Shown: positions 36,566 to 50,871 of the stretch, one piece after another | Position numbering within the stretch: position 1 is the stretch's first letter | Layout: each line of letters begins with the position of its first letter | Source: Octopus sinensis | Lineage: Eukaryota | Reading direction: 5' to 3' | Length of the DNA: 64,000 nucleotides | Assembly: GCF_006345805.1 (NCBI RefSeq) | Contig: NC_043019.1 | Span: 806,001-870,000 of the forward strand | Notes under the pieces: generated by a model | What the model was told of the DNA's origin: nothing | Database searches by the model: none | Seen by the model: only the letters and a program-made list of their open reading frames with translations | Translations under genes and position numbers: made by a program

Positions 36566-38259
36566 AGAAAAAAACAAGGAGAGAAACAAGGAGAGAAAAA
36601 TGCGTGTAGGAGCTAACGATCTATACATATGTGTGTGTATGCGTTTCTGTGTGTGTGTATTTGTATATTCATTTTGTTATCATTTATCTATTACTAGTTA
36701 CAAACACCGGACTGAGGGGCACAGTCTAGAACAAATCGAACGTAGTACTTATTTCTAAGTCTAGTGCTATTCTACGATTCTCTTTTCGTTTACCATTAGA
36801 ATTACCCGACAGCCGGCAGTATTATGGTATGCTACCAATTCGAGGATCTATGTTGTAATGAAACATGTGTAGTGGTTATGAAACGGCTGTCGAATCGTAC
36901 CTCCTCTTTCTTTTGACTCTATTTATTCTTTCCTTTATATATATATATATATATTCATACGTAGACACTGAAAACATATACAAGGCTTCAGACGAACAAG
37001 TAATTTAAGAGAGCGATCGACATACAAGAAGCAGCAACCAAATCTACTTCAACTCAAATCTTACTGTCTTAAAAAGGAACAGCCACGCTGGACAGTGTAG
37101 TCCTTAATATATAAGAATATATATGAATCGTTAACACGCCGAGGGAAAATGCTTAGCGGCGGTTCTGAGTTCAAATGTCGCCGGGGTCGACTTTGCTTCT
37201 CATCCTTTTGGAGTCGATAAAATAAATAGCAACTGGATTCTGGGGGGCTATATAATCGGCCCATCCACTGCCCAAAATTGCTGACCTTGTGCTAAAATGT
37301 GAAACCATTATATAATAACTGAAATAAAAGATGGTATGGTCGTGGGTGGAATGCTTTAATTATGCGTCTGCTCATTTAGAGACCATATGGATAAATAACA
37401 ACAACAAGAGGCGTGATATAAGTGAGATCGGTAGAGTTTATATGAATCATCGAAACAAGGAAAGACGGGGTTTGCTGAAAAGATTAATTTAAGCCTGCAT
37501 ATATAGAATAATTATGTTTAATTCTTAATGTTCCAAAGCTTAGAACAAAAATTTTTCTTAGATACCTCAATTTCCGCTACACAATTAAACCAAAGTGATT
37601 TGAAGTTATTAAGTCGCGTAAACAGGAAAATAATTTTCACTTTGAAGCTATGTACTTATCAAGTCCTTCCGTGATCTTATGGTTTCGAATTCATTTTGGT
37701 AGGACCAAAGTATATTCAATATTTTGAACCTAATTATATATAAAATATTCTCTTCTAAAGTCACATCAAATGCAACAAATCAAATAATAGAACCCGTTTG
37801 AAGAATACCTAATTACGAGACGCCATTTAGACAGTTTGATAAACATACCACTACGTTTGCAAAACATATCTGGAAACGGAGAGACAAATATATTGCTCAG
37901 AGGATGAACTGTTGGGTCCTTAAATTATTAATGTCATGTGAGAACCGATGGGATAACGTGAATAATGCTGTCCTCCTGATATAGGTAAAAGTTCAATTAA
38001 GGACAATCAAGGAACCCTACAGACCCTCAGCCCTCTCACACGCTCTCCAATCTACGGTCGCGTTCTTAGAGTAGAGCCTTTTGCTCTAACCATTTCTGCT
38101 ACAGTGACCCGAATTTTAGCAAATACACTGGACAGGCGTATGTCCTTAGTCCGTTCCACACACACACACACACATACACTTAGACACACAAGAACACATA
38201 TATACACCCCCCCCGCATGCATATAGATATAAACAAATATATATACATATATATATCTA

Positions 38260-38303
<44 letters not shown>

Positions 38304-38581
38304 ATATATATAATATATATATATATATATACACACACAGAAGGGAGAAAGAGAGAGGAGAACATCAGTATAGAAAACACTTCATAGTGCTAAAAAGATC
38401 TGAACTTACACTCCAATGTCTTCACCGAGGCTCAAGTCAGCGTTATGAAGTAACGCCAGGCCCTCAGAAACGGCTGTCGCACCTGTAACCCCTTATCCTC
38501 TCTATCTCTTTGTGTCTCTGTAATCTGAGTAAGTTCGGTCTAAGAATAACTATACACACACACACACACATATGCATGTAT

Positions 38582-38633
<52 letters not shown>

Positions 38634-38747
38634 GTATGCATATATATATACATTATATGTGCGTGTGTATAGATAGCTAGATATATACATTAAAACCCAA
38701 GATTTTAACTGTTCTCTCAATCAGTCTGTCTGTATCTTAGTAATCCT

Positions 38748-39773
38748 ATGGGTTGGTCTAGGAATAGGATTTTTACAAATAACAATAATTCTATAGGCAA
38801 TCCTAATTCTGATAAGGATACACTATGGTTGATTATCCCATATGCAATGCAGATTAAAACAAACATAGTGAGAGCTTTGCATAATGTTATATTTAGGCAT
38901 TTTGGTAAGGATAAGAATAAATTTAGTCCTTTAATTAACAACGGTACTGTTAGAGTGGGATATAGCATTACTCATAATCTAGCCACCATTATCTCCTCTT
39001 TTAATAACAGGAAACTGGATCACTTCTATAAGGATAGAAAATTGAATTTAGACCAGGGAAATTTGCCCCTCTTTAATAATAATAGGAACAGAAACTTTCT
39101 TGGAACGAATGTGAACAACCCCCTTACTAATAATGAGTGCACCGTACCTGTCAGAGATAATATAAATGTAATAGATCATACAACTACTACCAATACTAGT
39201 ACTAGTGATAGGAATATAGCCGATAATGTGAAATTAACTCATTCGTTGATTTTGGGTTTGGATGATGATAACAATTGTAACACTTATAATGTGAATGGTA
39301 GTATAGGGGTGGAGACCAATCTTAGATTTCCTCATTCTGTTAATCTTTGTAATTTCAGAAACAAAAATAAATGTGTATTTGGTAATCAATGCCTCAAGAA
39401 GGAGGTAGTTTACCAATGCACTGTAGATACACAATTGAGTAGTAGGGTGTATATCGGGGCAACTATAAATAGCATAAAACAAAGATTGAATTATCACAGA
39501 TATACTTTTAGAAATAAAAATAGAATGTACTCTACAGGGCTAAGTGCATACATTTGGGAACTTAAAAGTAAGAACTTAGATTTTAGATTAAACTGGAAAA
39601 TACTAACTTCAGCACCTGTGTATAATGGAAAAAATAAAAAATGCTCTCTATGTATTAATGAAATTTTTTTCATTATTAAAGCGGGTCGGCAAATTATTAA
39701 CACATTAATGAAAAAAACTTCTTTTGCATTCATAGGCTACCGTTCACCTTTTCTAGATTCAAATAGAACTTAG
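38748..39773 (+). CDS. Penelope linker plus GIY-YIG endonuclease (N-truncated; frameshift near 39700)
   Basis: WLIIPY...RHFG...VRVGYS..NLATIISSFN, then CNFRNKNKCVFGNQCLKKEVVYQC...VYIGAT...KQRLNYHRYTF...TGLSAYIWELK...WKIL...CSLCINE. Confidence 0.9.
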   Translation: MGWSRNRIFTNNNNSIGNPNSDKDTLWLIIPYAMQIKTNIVRALHNVIFRHFGKDKNKFSPLINNGTVRVGYSITHNLATIISSFNNRKLDHFYKDRKLNLDQGNLPLFNNNRNRNFLGTNVNNPLTNNECTVPVRDNINVIDHTTTTNTSTSDRNIADNVKLTHSLILGLDDDNNCNTYNVNGSIGVETNLRFPHSVNLCNFRNKNKCVFGNQCLKKEVVYQCTVDTQLSSRVYIGATINSIKQRLNYHRYTFRNKNRMYSTGLSAYIWELKSKNLDFRLNWKILTSAPVYNGKNKKCSLCINEIFFIIKAGRQIINTLMKKTSFAFIGYRSPFLDSNRT

Positions 39774-41832
39774 CACTTCCACTATTATTAATTTTTTAAC
39801 TCCCTTCTTTAACTAACTATACCTGTGGTCTTCTATAATTCTTAAAGTATACAACTTATAAATTTATAATTTTATAATTTTTTTAGCTACATTTGTATAA
39901 TAATAATAGATGTGTCTAGTATTATTTGTTTCTTGTTTTTTGTATGTGGGTTTTTGTTTGTTTTTTAAGGGAAATGCAATATGACATGAAATAACATATT
40001 CATTTTGGTATTTGCCTTGTGTGATTATTGATTTGAAGTTTTCTAATATTGCATAGTATATTGCTTAGTATATATGTATATCTTGGTTAGATACCTAGCT
40101 CTAGATAATGTAATGATATTGTATAATATGTAATATATGAGAGCCTTTTATGAGTTTGGTGTGTTTAGGTTGAGAATATAGGTTTTTGTATGTGTTTATT
40201 TGGAAGGTTTTTATTGTATTTGGTCTTTCTTTGTACTCACCTTAATTTGTATCTTATGCTATTTACTAATAAACCTTTTTCATTTTTTTCATTTTTTCAT
40301 TTACATACATTTGGCTTTATAAATATTACCAGCATTATATATTTAGTTTATATCTATAGTCCTCTGGATCTGTACTTTAAATTATCCTTCCATACATATT
40401 TACTTTCAACAATATAACATATATATTCACTTTATTTATTTTTTATTTTATTGTAATGTTATCAATCTCTGCATTTAGTCTTCTAATTATTTATTTATTT
40501 GCCTATTTAAGTGTAGATGTTTACATACATATCAAGTCATCTAATTTGTTATCTATTTATTTTTTACTTATTTACTTATACTAGGGTAGTTTTATACATA
40601 CATATCTATCATTTATTTTTATTTAATTTTAATAATATATGAATACATATATACTGGTTTGTACTTATAATATGTGTATAACCGTATTTATTCCTTCGTA
40701 TTTATTCCTTCTTATTTATTTTATCACATTTTATCTTAAGTATTTATAATATAAATTTTTAAAAATTTCTGTGATGTTCTCATAAGCGTTTCATTAGTAC
40801 TTCCCCTTCTATTTTTAATGCCTAAACTGGTATATTATGGCATTAAATTTATTAAGTAAATAAGTGATTTATCTATATAATAAATTAATATATATTTTAT
40901 ATTTTATAATTTAGCGTACTTGGAATCATAACAAACTTACGATAAATCTAACAACCGTATGTTTACTATGCACACAAACCGGTGTTATAAATTTTAAGTT
41001 ACCCATGAAATAATTATCTGACTTAGTAACATACTGATATTTAAAAATATATTTATATCTAAATTAAATATTTTATGAAATGCATGGGTGGTTCTTTTTC
41101 GTTATTTGAGGCACAGTTATAATTTTGAAGGACTAAATGGTAGCATAGTTGCTTCCCTTTTTGTTTATCTATATGCTAGTTGTTGCTTGTGATTGTGTAT
41201 GTTGTGTATAAGTATGTATATACATATAACTATGTGTGTATGTGCGATTGATCTGTGTAGATGCGTGTGTGATATTGGCGTTCCTTGACTAACCAACCGT
41301 ATAATTTTCTTTTGTGATTTAAATTTCAAACCAATAACCAATCGAATTAATCTAAATTTTCTTTACCTAGTGGTCAGCGTTTCTAAACTCATAGTTATTT
41401 CGATCTTGAAAGGATGGACTTGGTGCAAAACTTAACTGTATCTATTATTATTATTTTATTATTATTATTATTATATTATTATTATTATTATATTATTAAT
41501 ATTAATAGTAATTTTTATTAACTTTATAGCTTTAGAATTTTATGAACTGAACCATGGTTTTAATTATTATTTCATCTCCCTATGTGTTAGTTTTTTTAAA
41601 AAAAAAACTATTAGCCAAATATGTATAATATCGGTACTTATTAATATTAATATATACACTGATATATATTTTGTTTTATTTTGTTCTGTTTACCTTCCTT
41701 ATTGTACCAATGAGTATTATATTATATAAGTGTAGCATTATGATGTATAAGTTTTTATATTTACATGTTTATATTTTTATATTTATATGTATATGGTTAT
41801 ATAATATTTTTCACAATTATAACAAATTTAAT

Positions 41833-41950
41833 TTAATTCTCTGAAGAGGCCGTGGGGCATCCTTGTTAATGCCTCATTTATACCTGCCTTTATGGCTTAT
41901 AGGTTAAATGAGGTATGACTGCCTTCACTGCCGAAACAGCTGTCAGTTTT
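41833..41950 (+). ncRNA. Type I hammerhead ribozyme motif, canonical C3-G8, about 85-nt stem II
   Basis: CTGAAGA at 41841-41847, stem II ggccgtggggcatc/gactgccttcactgcc with inner cctcatttatacct/aggttaaatgagg, then GAAAC-agct-GTC at 41933-41944. Stem I is weak. Confidence 0.7.
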
Positions 41951-42136
41951 GATTTAATTGCATATTATTTTGAAATTTTTACTTATATCTCTTTATCTTT
42001 TTACTATTACTGTATATCTCATTTTGTATAATGCCTTTACTCATATGTAATGGTGTATTAAAGTATTGATTGGGTATCATCGGATAGTTGATGTTTTATT
42101 GATTTAAGTATGTTTCTCCATTCTCTAATTTTGTAG

Positions 42137-42167
<31 letters not shown>

Positions 42168-43253
42168 CCATACATATTATATATATATATATATATTATA
42201 TATATATATATTTATATACATACATATATATATATATTTTATATTTGTTTGTGTGTGTGCACATATGTTTTATGTACACACAAACACACACACACACACA
42301 TACATACATACATACATGCATACATACATACAACATACATACATACTTACGTACATACATACATACATACATACATACATACATACATACATACATACAA
42401 ACATACATGCATACATACCTGCATACATGTTGGCATGTATGTGTTTTATTTTTTATTTTAATGTTTTCCGTTATGAAAGCTTGGTCGTATAAGAAAAAAA
42501 TAATATAATAAAATATCATGCAAACCTTTTAACTTCTATTTATTTAGGAGAAAACTATTTCCGACATTCATGATTCTTTCCAAAGGAAAGAGAGAGAAAA
42601 AAAGACAAATTAAAACTAAAATAGCATAAAGAAAGAAAAAAAGAAAGAAAGAAAGACAGAAAGAAAGAAAGAAAGAAAGGAAGATGCAAAGTAAGACTTC
42701 AGCGTTGAGGAGACTTACTGAATAAATGCATCATATTGCTCAACCTATACAGCTAGCGCCTTTAAGAACAGAAATTCTATAAAAAGAACATTTGTTGTGC
42801 TTCTTTGAAACGCAAATCATGTTTTAGTACTAAATAATACATGATAACACGTGATTGGTATTGTTTTCTGACATATGACAAATGCTAACTGTTTCTTTAG
42901 AGTTAATTTTCTCCGAATGTTTGACGCCACCGTTTGCAAATAATCAATATGTTATGCGTGGAGAGACTAATATTTCATGAAGACGCACTGAACATTCCAT
43001 AGATACTCATATTCTACTTCCATATGATTTGGTAGGTTATAAAGATACTTTCCTTTTAGCGAGCGAAAGGATGCTAGATACATTTTTTTTCTTCAGTTCT
43101 TCCTTTCCCATGCTTATACACTGATCAGATTCAGTCGATCTTTGCGAGTCCAAACTATAAAATTCCCCCCATATATATATGATAATATACCAGCAATTCT
43201 GCCAATGCACGTGTATAAAGTTATCTATCTCTCTCTCTCTCTCTCTCTCTCTC

Positions 43254-43299
<46 letters not shown>

Positions 43300-43574
43300 A
43301 ACTTATAAACAAGAGCAGAAGAAAAAAATGTCTAATGCCAAATATGTCGAAAATAGACAAATCGTTAATAACCATATAGTTATAACTATATTTGGCATTA
43401 GAATGTTTTTCTTCTGCCCTTGTTTATAAGTTGTTTATAAACGTAACCTTTAAAGGAATTATTAATATGCTGGCCATTGATAGAATATTTTCGAAAAATG
43501 TTATCCTATATTAGATGTATATATATATAAACAACTATAAAACAAGAGCAGAATATATATAAGAGCAGTATATG

Positions 43575-43608
<34 letters not shown>

Positions 43609-43789
43609 ATATATATAATATTAGGGAGGGAGATATGCATGGAGACAGGGGGGAGGTGAGGAACAGACACAGAAAGAAAGATATACATAAACGCATACAT
43701 ATTTATGTATAGGTGTGATTGCATATATATGGTTGGCATCATTCATGTAAGAGTTTGTGTCATCTGGTGCCTCCATGATGCCTAAACCT

Positions 43790-44270
43790 GACATGGCTCA
43801 GAAGGCGAAGGTGGAAATGGAACAGTCACGAGTACTGATCGTATGTCAGGGAGGGTGTTGTTCTTAGCTGGAGTTGCCGGTCCTGGCGTTGCTGTCTTTT
43901 TACTACTTCAGTCATCCTCCTCTCCCCAAAAGTAGAACAGCCAAGATGAATTGCTCTTTGCCAGGATGGATGCTCGGCAGTTCCTGTTTCTCGGGTTTTA
44001 CGACTGATTCTGGCTTTATGGCTTTATTGCGGGAAAACTTGAGTTGGTCTTTGAATCTGCGTTTTCGGGCCCCTCGATGTCGTTTGCCATTGACGAACTC
44101 ACCATAGACGAGGGGGATTTGAAGGGGGCCATTCAGATGACTTGTCCTGACCGCTTGAGGCGATGCCTGAGGATGGTAGCTTCATTGCTTGGTATTTCTG
44201 AGCGATTGGGGACTTCCATGATGGGAGGTGAATCCTGTCATTTGATATTGAGTATCTGTCGAAGCTTGGC
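43790..44270 (-). mobile_element. RTE-clade LINE C-terminal relic
   Basis: KLRQILNIK*QD...SNEATILRHRLKRSGQVI*M...YGEFVNGKRHRGARKRRFKDQLK matches the RTE/BovB post-RT signature. Confidence 0.8.
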
Positions 44271-44965
44271 ATGCGTGCGTTTGTATTACACACGCGCGCT
44301 TTCATGCATACAAATACACACACACACACACACACATACACACACACGCACATGCACACACACACATACACACACACATTATTATATAAGTGTGTATGTG
44401 CACGCGTGTGTGTGTGTTTCTGTACTACACCTCGTCTACGTTCCGCTAAGTTGCTGGACGTAGACACACCAACATCGATTGTAAAGCAATGGGGGTGGGG
44501 GGTCAAACACAGACACACAAACATATACACACTTATATGTTATTTTCCTAACTTGTGTTTCATTCTCTCCGTTGTAGCTGGGACAACGAAGACGTGTTCT
44601 TGTCTCTCTCCTGTCCAAGCGTGATTTACACGTTCGCCACCACAACCTCGTTTAGGCTTAGCAGCCTCTCCTGTATATTTTCACTGTACTGCTTGTGTTA
44701 CCAATATTGATCCTCTGCAAACTCCGAAATTTTGTTTAATTTGCTTCGCGGGAGCAATTGTTTTATCGAAAGCGTATCTTGTTGTTAAATGCTCGAAATA
44801 CGAGAGTAGAAAAACAGCCAACAAGTGATGAAGGTTCGTTCTATATGTTGCTTGTCTTGTTTTTCATTTGTGTCTTTTGTTGTTCGAAAAAATAGTTCAT
44901 ATTCTATGTACTCGTACTTCGTAATATTTTGTTGTACAAGCTTCATGACGTCCTGTACCCAAATA

Positions 44966-45019
<54 letters not shown>

Positions 45020-46923
45020 ATAAAAAGATATATACATTGACGTATAGATGTATGTGCATATACGTATGTATATATGATCATAACATATTATATAAATACA
45101 CACACACACACATATATATATATATTTTATATATATATATATATATATGTGTGTGTTATATATATATATATATATATAATATATATATATATATAATATA
45201 TATATATGTATATATATATACAAAGACACACACAATTAAGATACAGACATGTATCCATTTATATCACTTTTAAAATATACTTATTCAAGCAACGTTATTG
45301 TTGTTCAGTTCTAAGCCGGTAGATAGCCAATAGCTCTATAACTATTGTAGCTGTTACCAATCTTTGTTTTTGTAATTCAGTATCTAATACGTCCTTGTTC
45401 TCTTTGTAAATGGTATTTAAGTGAGATTTAGCTACTACAGCCTGAGTGCTTCTGTAGTGTTTCCCAACTTTGTTCGTTCTATTCAATATTATCGCCAGAC
45501 ACCATGGTTGGGCGATTCCATAAAATAGGTAGAAATAAGATGAGGTTTAAGCTATTCAAGTCACGTATTTGAGTGCAGCGCAGTCTCTCTCTATTTTCTA
45601 TTTGCATCATTACAAACAGTTCACTCCAGAATACGTGGAAGAGGTGGCATGTATGGTAGATATATTTGCTGTAATCGGCATCTGATGAATAAATTTTCCT
45701 GAGTATATTCTTCACATTATATGCCAAGAATTTTATGCCATATCGACTAAATTCAATAATAATAGGTCTATCTAGGAACCTACCCATTTCTGCTCTACTT
45801 AACTCTACGGAAAAGATGACATCAACCATCACTAATAATATTTGTGCAATGTAAATGATTGAATATCCTTGAATATCGATAATTTTTTTAATAAAAACAT
45901 CTATGAGAATATCAGGTGCTTAAATGTGCTCACTATAATAATCATGACACGTCATTGAAATAAATAATTGAACGAATGTTTGAAAAGTTTAAACGTTCGC
46001 TGTACATTTTACGTGTGTTTGTATGTTTACTATGCATTTGAGATTAAATTAGTATGTTGTGCCTCCGTGCTCATTGCTCAGCAAAGCAATTCAGTGAACA
46101 AGGCAAATAAAATCTCAACAAAATATTCTACACAAATTGTATACGGCAGAAAATCCTGCGATAGATTTCAATTGAATTGCTGACAATGGTTTCATGTCAG
46201 AAATTAAGCAGTGGCATTGAAACGACAAATGTGGAGTGGAAATTTAATGAAACATTGATTGTTTGAGGGGAAAACATATAAAGAATAATTGTTGGTTTCT
46301 GAGAAATGAAACCCCGTAGGTATAACAGAATTGAACTATTAAGTCACTTAATTATTGGAAATTGGCTTGACAATAAAAGAATAGTCCTTGTGTATAAAAC
46401 TATTCACACTAATACATGCGAAATCATTGTGCAGACATTTCTCTTTACAATAATGCATACAAGGCTATTGAGCACAAGATGTAAAAACATTGGAGTTAAA
46501 AATTTAATTAGAACCTATTTTGAGCTCACATTGATTATATCTTTGCAGAAATACGAATAACATTCATGAATATGGCCAAATATTACAGTAGTTTTCCTTT
46601 TATAAACAAGCGTACATTTACCCGATTCTTTCTGTACTAACAATGTCCAACATAAAATATAGATTTCTCTACGTCAACGCTTCTAGATCATGCAATACCA
46701 GAAAATCAGAGACAAAGCTTGCAGTTTTAAACATTTTTCAGATCTGAACAAAATGTGTTCGGTAGATATTTCTCATATTACGAAAAAAAAAAAAATCTGC
46801 CACCAGATCAATAACAGAGATCATGGAAATATCTTGTCTCTCCTCATTTGACTAACTAATCAAACGGTGTGCATTACTGAAACACGAAATTATTTGATAA
46901 GTTCATTAAGAGATAAGTTCATA

Positions 46924-47094
46924 GGCGCAGGAGTGACTGTGTGGTAAGTAGCTTGCTTACCAACCACATGGTTCCGGGTTCAGTCCCACTGCGTGGCATC
47001 TTGGGCAAGTGTCTTCTGCTATAGCCCCGGGCCGACCAAAGCCTTGTGAGTGGATTTAGTAGACGGAAACTGAAAGAAACCTGTCGTATATGTG

Positions 47095-47133
<39 letters not shown>

Positions 47134-47350
47134 ATGTTTGTGTGTCTGTGTTTGTCCGTTTAGCATTGCTTGACAACCGATGCTGGTGTGTTTACGTCCC
47201 CGTCACTTAGCGGTACGGCAAAAAGAGACCGATAGAATAAGTACTAGGCTTACAAAAGAATAAGTCCCGGGGTCGATTTGCTCGACTAAAGGTGGTGCTC
47301 CAGCATGACCGCAGTCAAATGACTGAAACAAGTAAAAGAGAGTAAAAGAG
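46924..47350 (+). mobile_element. SINE family A, full length
   Basis: Same as 2297-2700. Confidence 0.9.
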
Positions 47351-47996
47351 AAGAGAGAGAGAGAGATTAAATCACGTGTACACAAATTTATCTAATATAT
47401 ATAAGTGGCACTATTAATGCTTTATTAGTAAATCTTGTATATTATTTCTTATATATTCTCACCGATTTGTTTTCAGATAATGATGCCATTTTATATGATT
47501 GGAAAATACATTAGCAGCAGCTACGGTGATACTATTAATGGATGAGTTAGAAGGAAGTCAGGTCCCCCCATAATCATTGGCATTGATTTCGGGATTAGAA
47601 AGGAGAAAATAACGATTCATACAGAGTTATTCCATGAAACTTGTTAATAGTTCAACTGAAACTAATTTATGCGCCATCTGATGGATGGAATACAATCATC
47701 GGTTTAAGTCAAGCACCACCAGTCATCAACATCACTCTATACGTGAAGTATTCACTAAGTTTCCGCTCACTCTGTTTCACTCACGAATTTAGAGTTGGTC
47801 AAAAGCAAACAATACGCATGGCCGAAAGTATAAATATAAAATGGCGACAATTTCCCATCGCACGCCTATAAACATACCACTAATACAATACATTCTACCT
47901 TACGCAGGATTACGAAGAAAACCCAACTTACAAGCGCATGCGCACATTTCGTTATTCAATAATGCACCTTTCTCCGAACTGCTACTATGAACTTGC

Positions 47997-48225
47997 GCGG
48001 CGAGCTGGCAGAACCGTTAGCACGCCGGCCGAAATGCGTAGCCGTATTTCGTCTGCCGTTACGTTCTGAGTTCAAATTCCGCCGAGGTCGACTTTGCCTT
48101 TCATCCTTTCGGGGTCGATAAATTAAGTACCAGTTACGCACTGGGGTCGATGTAATCAACTTAATCCGTTTGTCTGTCCTTGTTTGTCCCCTCTGTGTGT
48201 AGCCCCTTGTGGGTAGTAAAGAAAC
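47997..48225 (+). mobile_element. SINE family B, full length
   Basis: Same as 26163-26392. Confidence 0.9.
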
Positions 48226-48741
48226 AGATAACTTGTCTTTCTTGTTTTGACCAATGCCCCATACGACAGTCAGACTTCACCACACTGACCGTCCATCATG
48301 TTGGAATATGCACACTCCCATACTCACCTGCTTATCCATACGAACACATACATGCATGCAAACATACTAACACACACGCACACATGAAGTCATCTCACTG
48401 GATAGGCACGTCCCTCGCTGACGTACACAGATGGGCCCACACTCACACACATACAAGCACCGATACACATGCATGCAATCTGTTTACAGTCACCTCCATA
48501 TTATCCATCCTTGCGTCGTTATCTAGACAGCTCTATCATTTTCATGTGTCAATCTACGAAACGTGACCATTTCCACCTCCGTCTCTTGATCTTCCAGTCT
48601 GTTTCTATTTCTCACGCTTCATATGCTACCTCTGGAATGTTCCACTGGATTTTAGGTTTCTTTCCGAATTGAATAGCATGGTACATTGTCAAAATCCATT
48701 TTAAAACCTAATATTGCAGTCTTTTTTCTCTATCTCTCTGG

Positions 48742-48829
<88 letters not shown>

Positions 48830-48830
48830 G

Positions 48831-48860
<30 letters not shown>

Positions 48861-48864
<4 letters not shown>

Positions 48865-49446
48865 ATCATCCTTGTGGCTATGGCGAAAGAATGTATCTGG
48901 TGGACGCGTCTGAAAGGATTGGAGACAAACACTTTCCTATCTGGTCAATCTCTCATCAACTTCTTCAAGTACCACTTGAAAAGGAAAGTGAGAGTAGAGA
49001 GGCAAGTTTTGTCTAGCAAATGTTTTAAAAAAAGATGGGTGAATGTAGCAAGGATGGCACGTATGAATGACGAAGCCACCTTGAGCATAATCCTATGAAC
49101 CCAGAAATTGAAAACAGAGGGTTACCCACTTGCAAACAAATGTGGTAACATATAACAATATTGACCAAGGTTACCGTGGTCTTTTTCGTAGGCTTTTCTT
49201 CCCACGGATAACCTTACTGCTTTCCCCTTTACACCATATATCATAACACTGTGATACACGATCCTATTGATGGTTTTGTTTCCTCTTCCCCTTTTTTCTT
49301 CTTTTGTCATTCTCTTTTCTTTTGCTCCTTTTCCTTTTCTTTTTTTATTTTTTTTCTTTTTTTTTTTTTTTTTTTCTTTTCATCCCCAAAAAGAAAAGCT
49401 CTACCTTGTCCCATCTGTGTGCAGCCCTGGTGGCCAATAAAGAAAC

Positions 49447-49447
<1 letters not shown>
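48861..49447 (+). mobile_element. 5'-truncated Tx1/L1-like retrotransposon 3' end between (CTAT)n arrays
   Basis: AKECIWWTRLKGLETNTFLSGQSLINFFKYHLKRKVRVER...RWVNVARM*, a T-rich 3'UTR, then AATAAAGAAAC directly followed by (TATC)n. (TCTA)n lies on the 5' side at 48740-48860. Confidence 0.6.
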
Positions 49448-49495
<48 letters not shown>

Positions 49496-49522
49496 ATCTC
49501 TCTCTCTTCTCTATAATATATA

Positions 49523-49581
<59 letters not shown>

Positions 49582-49582
49582 G

Positions 49583-49616
<34 letters not shown>

Positions 49617-49798
49617 GTATATATATATATGTATGCGGGGGGATTATAATAAAAAATAAGCAACAGAATGAATCCTGTAATTTAGTTCAATTGTTTCATA
49701 CTACAACATTTTATTAAAGCTGTACAGCTTTTAATAAATGTTGTAGTATGAAAAATTGTACTAAAATTACCGGATTCATACTTGTTGCTTATTTTTTG

Positions 49799-49840
<42 letters not shown>

Positions 49841-49847
49841 TAGTTGA

Positions 49848-49931
<84 letters not shown>

Positions 49932-50194
49932 AAATTAGACGGAAAATAACATAGCAAGGAGATCGCATTTGTGTAACGTCTGGACGCTATGTAACAGGTA
50001 TATTGTCAGAAGAGATGCATAAAAGTTGCGACGGGTGTATGACATTGAAATGAACATGGAAAGAAAAATATTAAAATGAGAAACAGAAGGGGAAATGGTT
50101 TGTAGATGAATGCTGGAGAATAGAGAATTTAACACACACACACACACACAAAACAAACATACACATATGTGTATATATGTGGGTGTAAGTTAAG

Positions 50195-50492
50195 GCGCGT
50201 GGCTTAGTGGTTAGGGTATGCGGTTCGCGATCGTAAGGTCATGAGTCTAATTCCTCGCGTTGCGGCCAGTTCACTTCATGTTGCTCAACTCCACCCCACT
50301 GGCAAAAGTTATTTGTAGTTGTAAGTTAATTGTAGCCTTGTCAGATTCTGTGTTACACTGAGTCCCCCGATAACCACGTTCAGGTTATGTGTGATTGTGT
50401 TCATATGGCGCACAGCAATTAACTTCGCCAGCGGGCTGTCCAGTTGGTCGGATTAACTGGAACGCGCATCGTCAGAACTAACGGAGACGCCG
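50195..50492 (+). mobile_element. Old SINE related to family C, tail type 2
   Basis: GGCGCGTGGCTTAGTGGTTAGGGT head, and a tail (GGCTGTCCAGTTGGTCGGATTAACTGGAAC) similar to the 32095 copy. Confidence 0.65.
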
Positions 50493-50493
50493 A

Positions 50494-50549
<56 letters not shown>

Positions 50550-50562
50550 CATCTATCTATCC

Positions 50563-50638
<76 letters not shown>

Positions 50639-50821
50639 GTCTCTTTGTCTCTCTGTCTGTTTGTCTGTCTGTCTGTCTTTCTGTCTGTCTGTCTATCTGT
50701 CTGTCTGTCAATCTGTCTGTCTGTCTATCTATCTATATCGATCTATCTATATATCTATCTGTCTGTATGTCTGTCTGTCTCTCTGTTTGTCTGTCTATCT
50801 ATCTATCTATCTGTTTTTCTG

Positions 50822-50871
<50 letters not shown>

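Larger units (their letters stand above)
38716..42110 (+). mobile_element. 5'-truncated Penelope-like element with long T-rich 3' region ending in a hammerhead
   Basis: GIY-YIG ORF at 38748, then about 2 kb of T-rich sequence and an HHR at 41833-41950. The boundaries are approximate. Confidence 0.7.

Noticed and set aside
38420-38480. GAAACGGCTGTC with an upstream hairpin, resembling a hammerhead
   Set aside because: Core positions 3-9 read CTTCACC, so G5 and A6 are missing. It is at most a dead relic.
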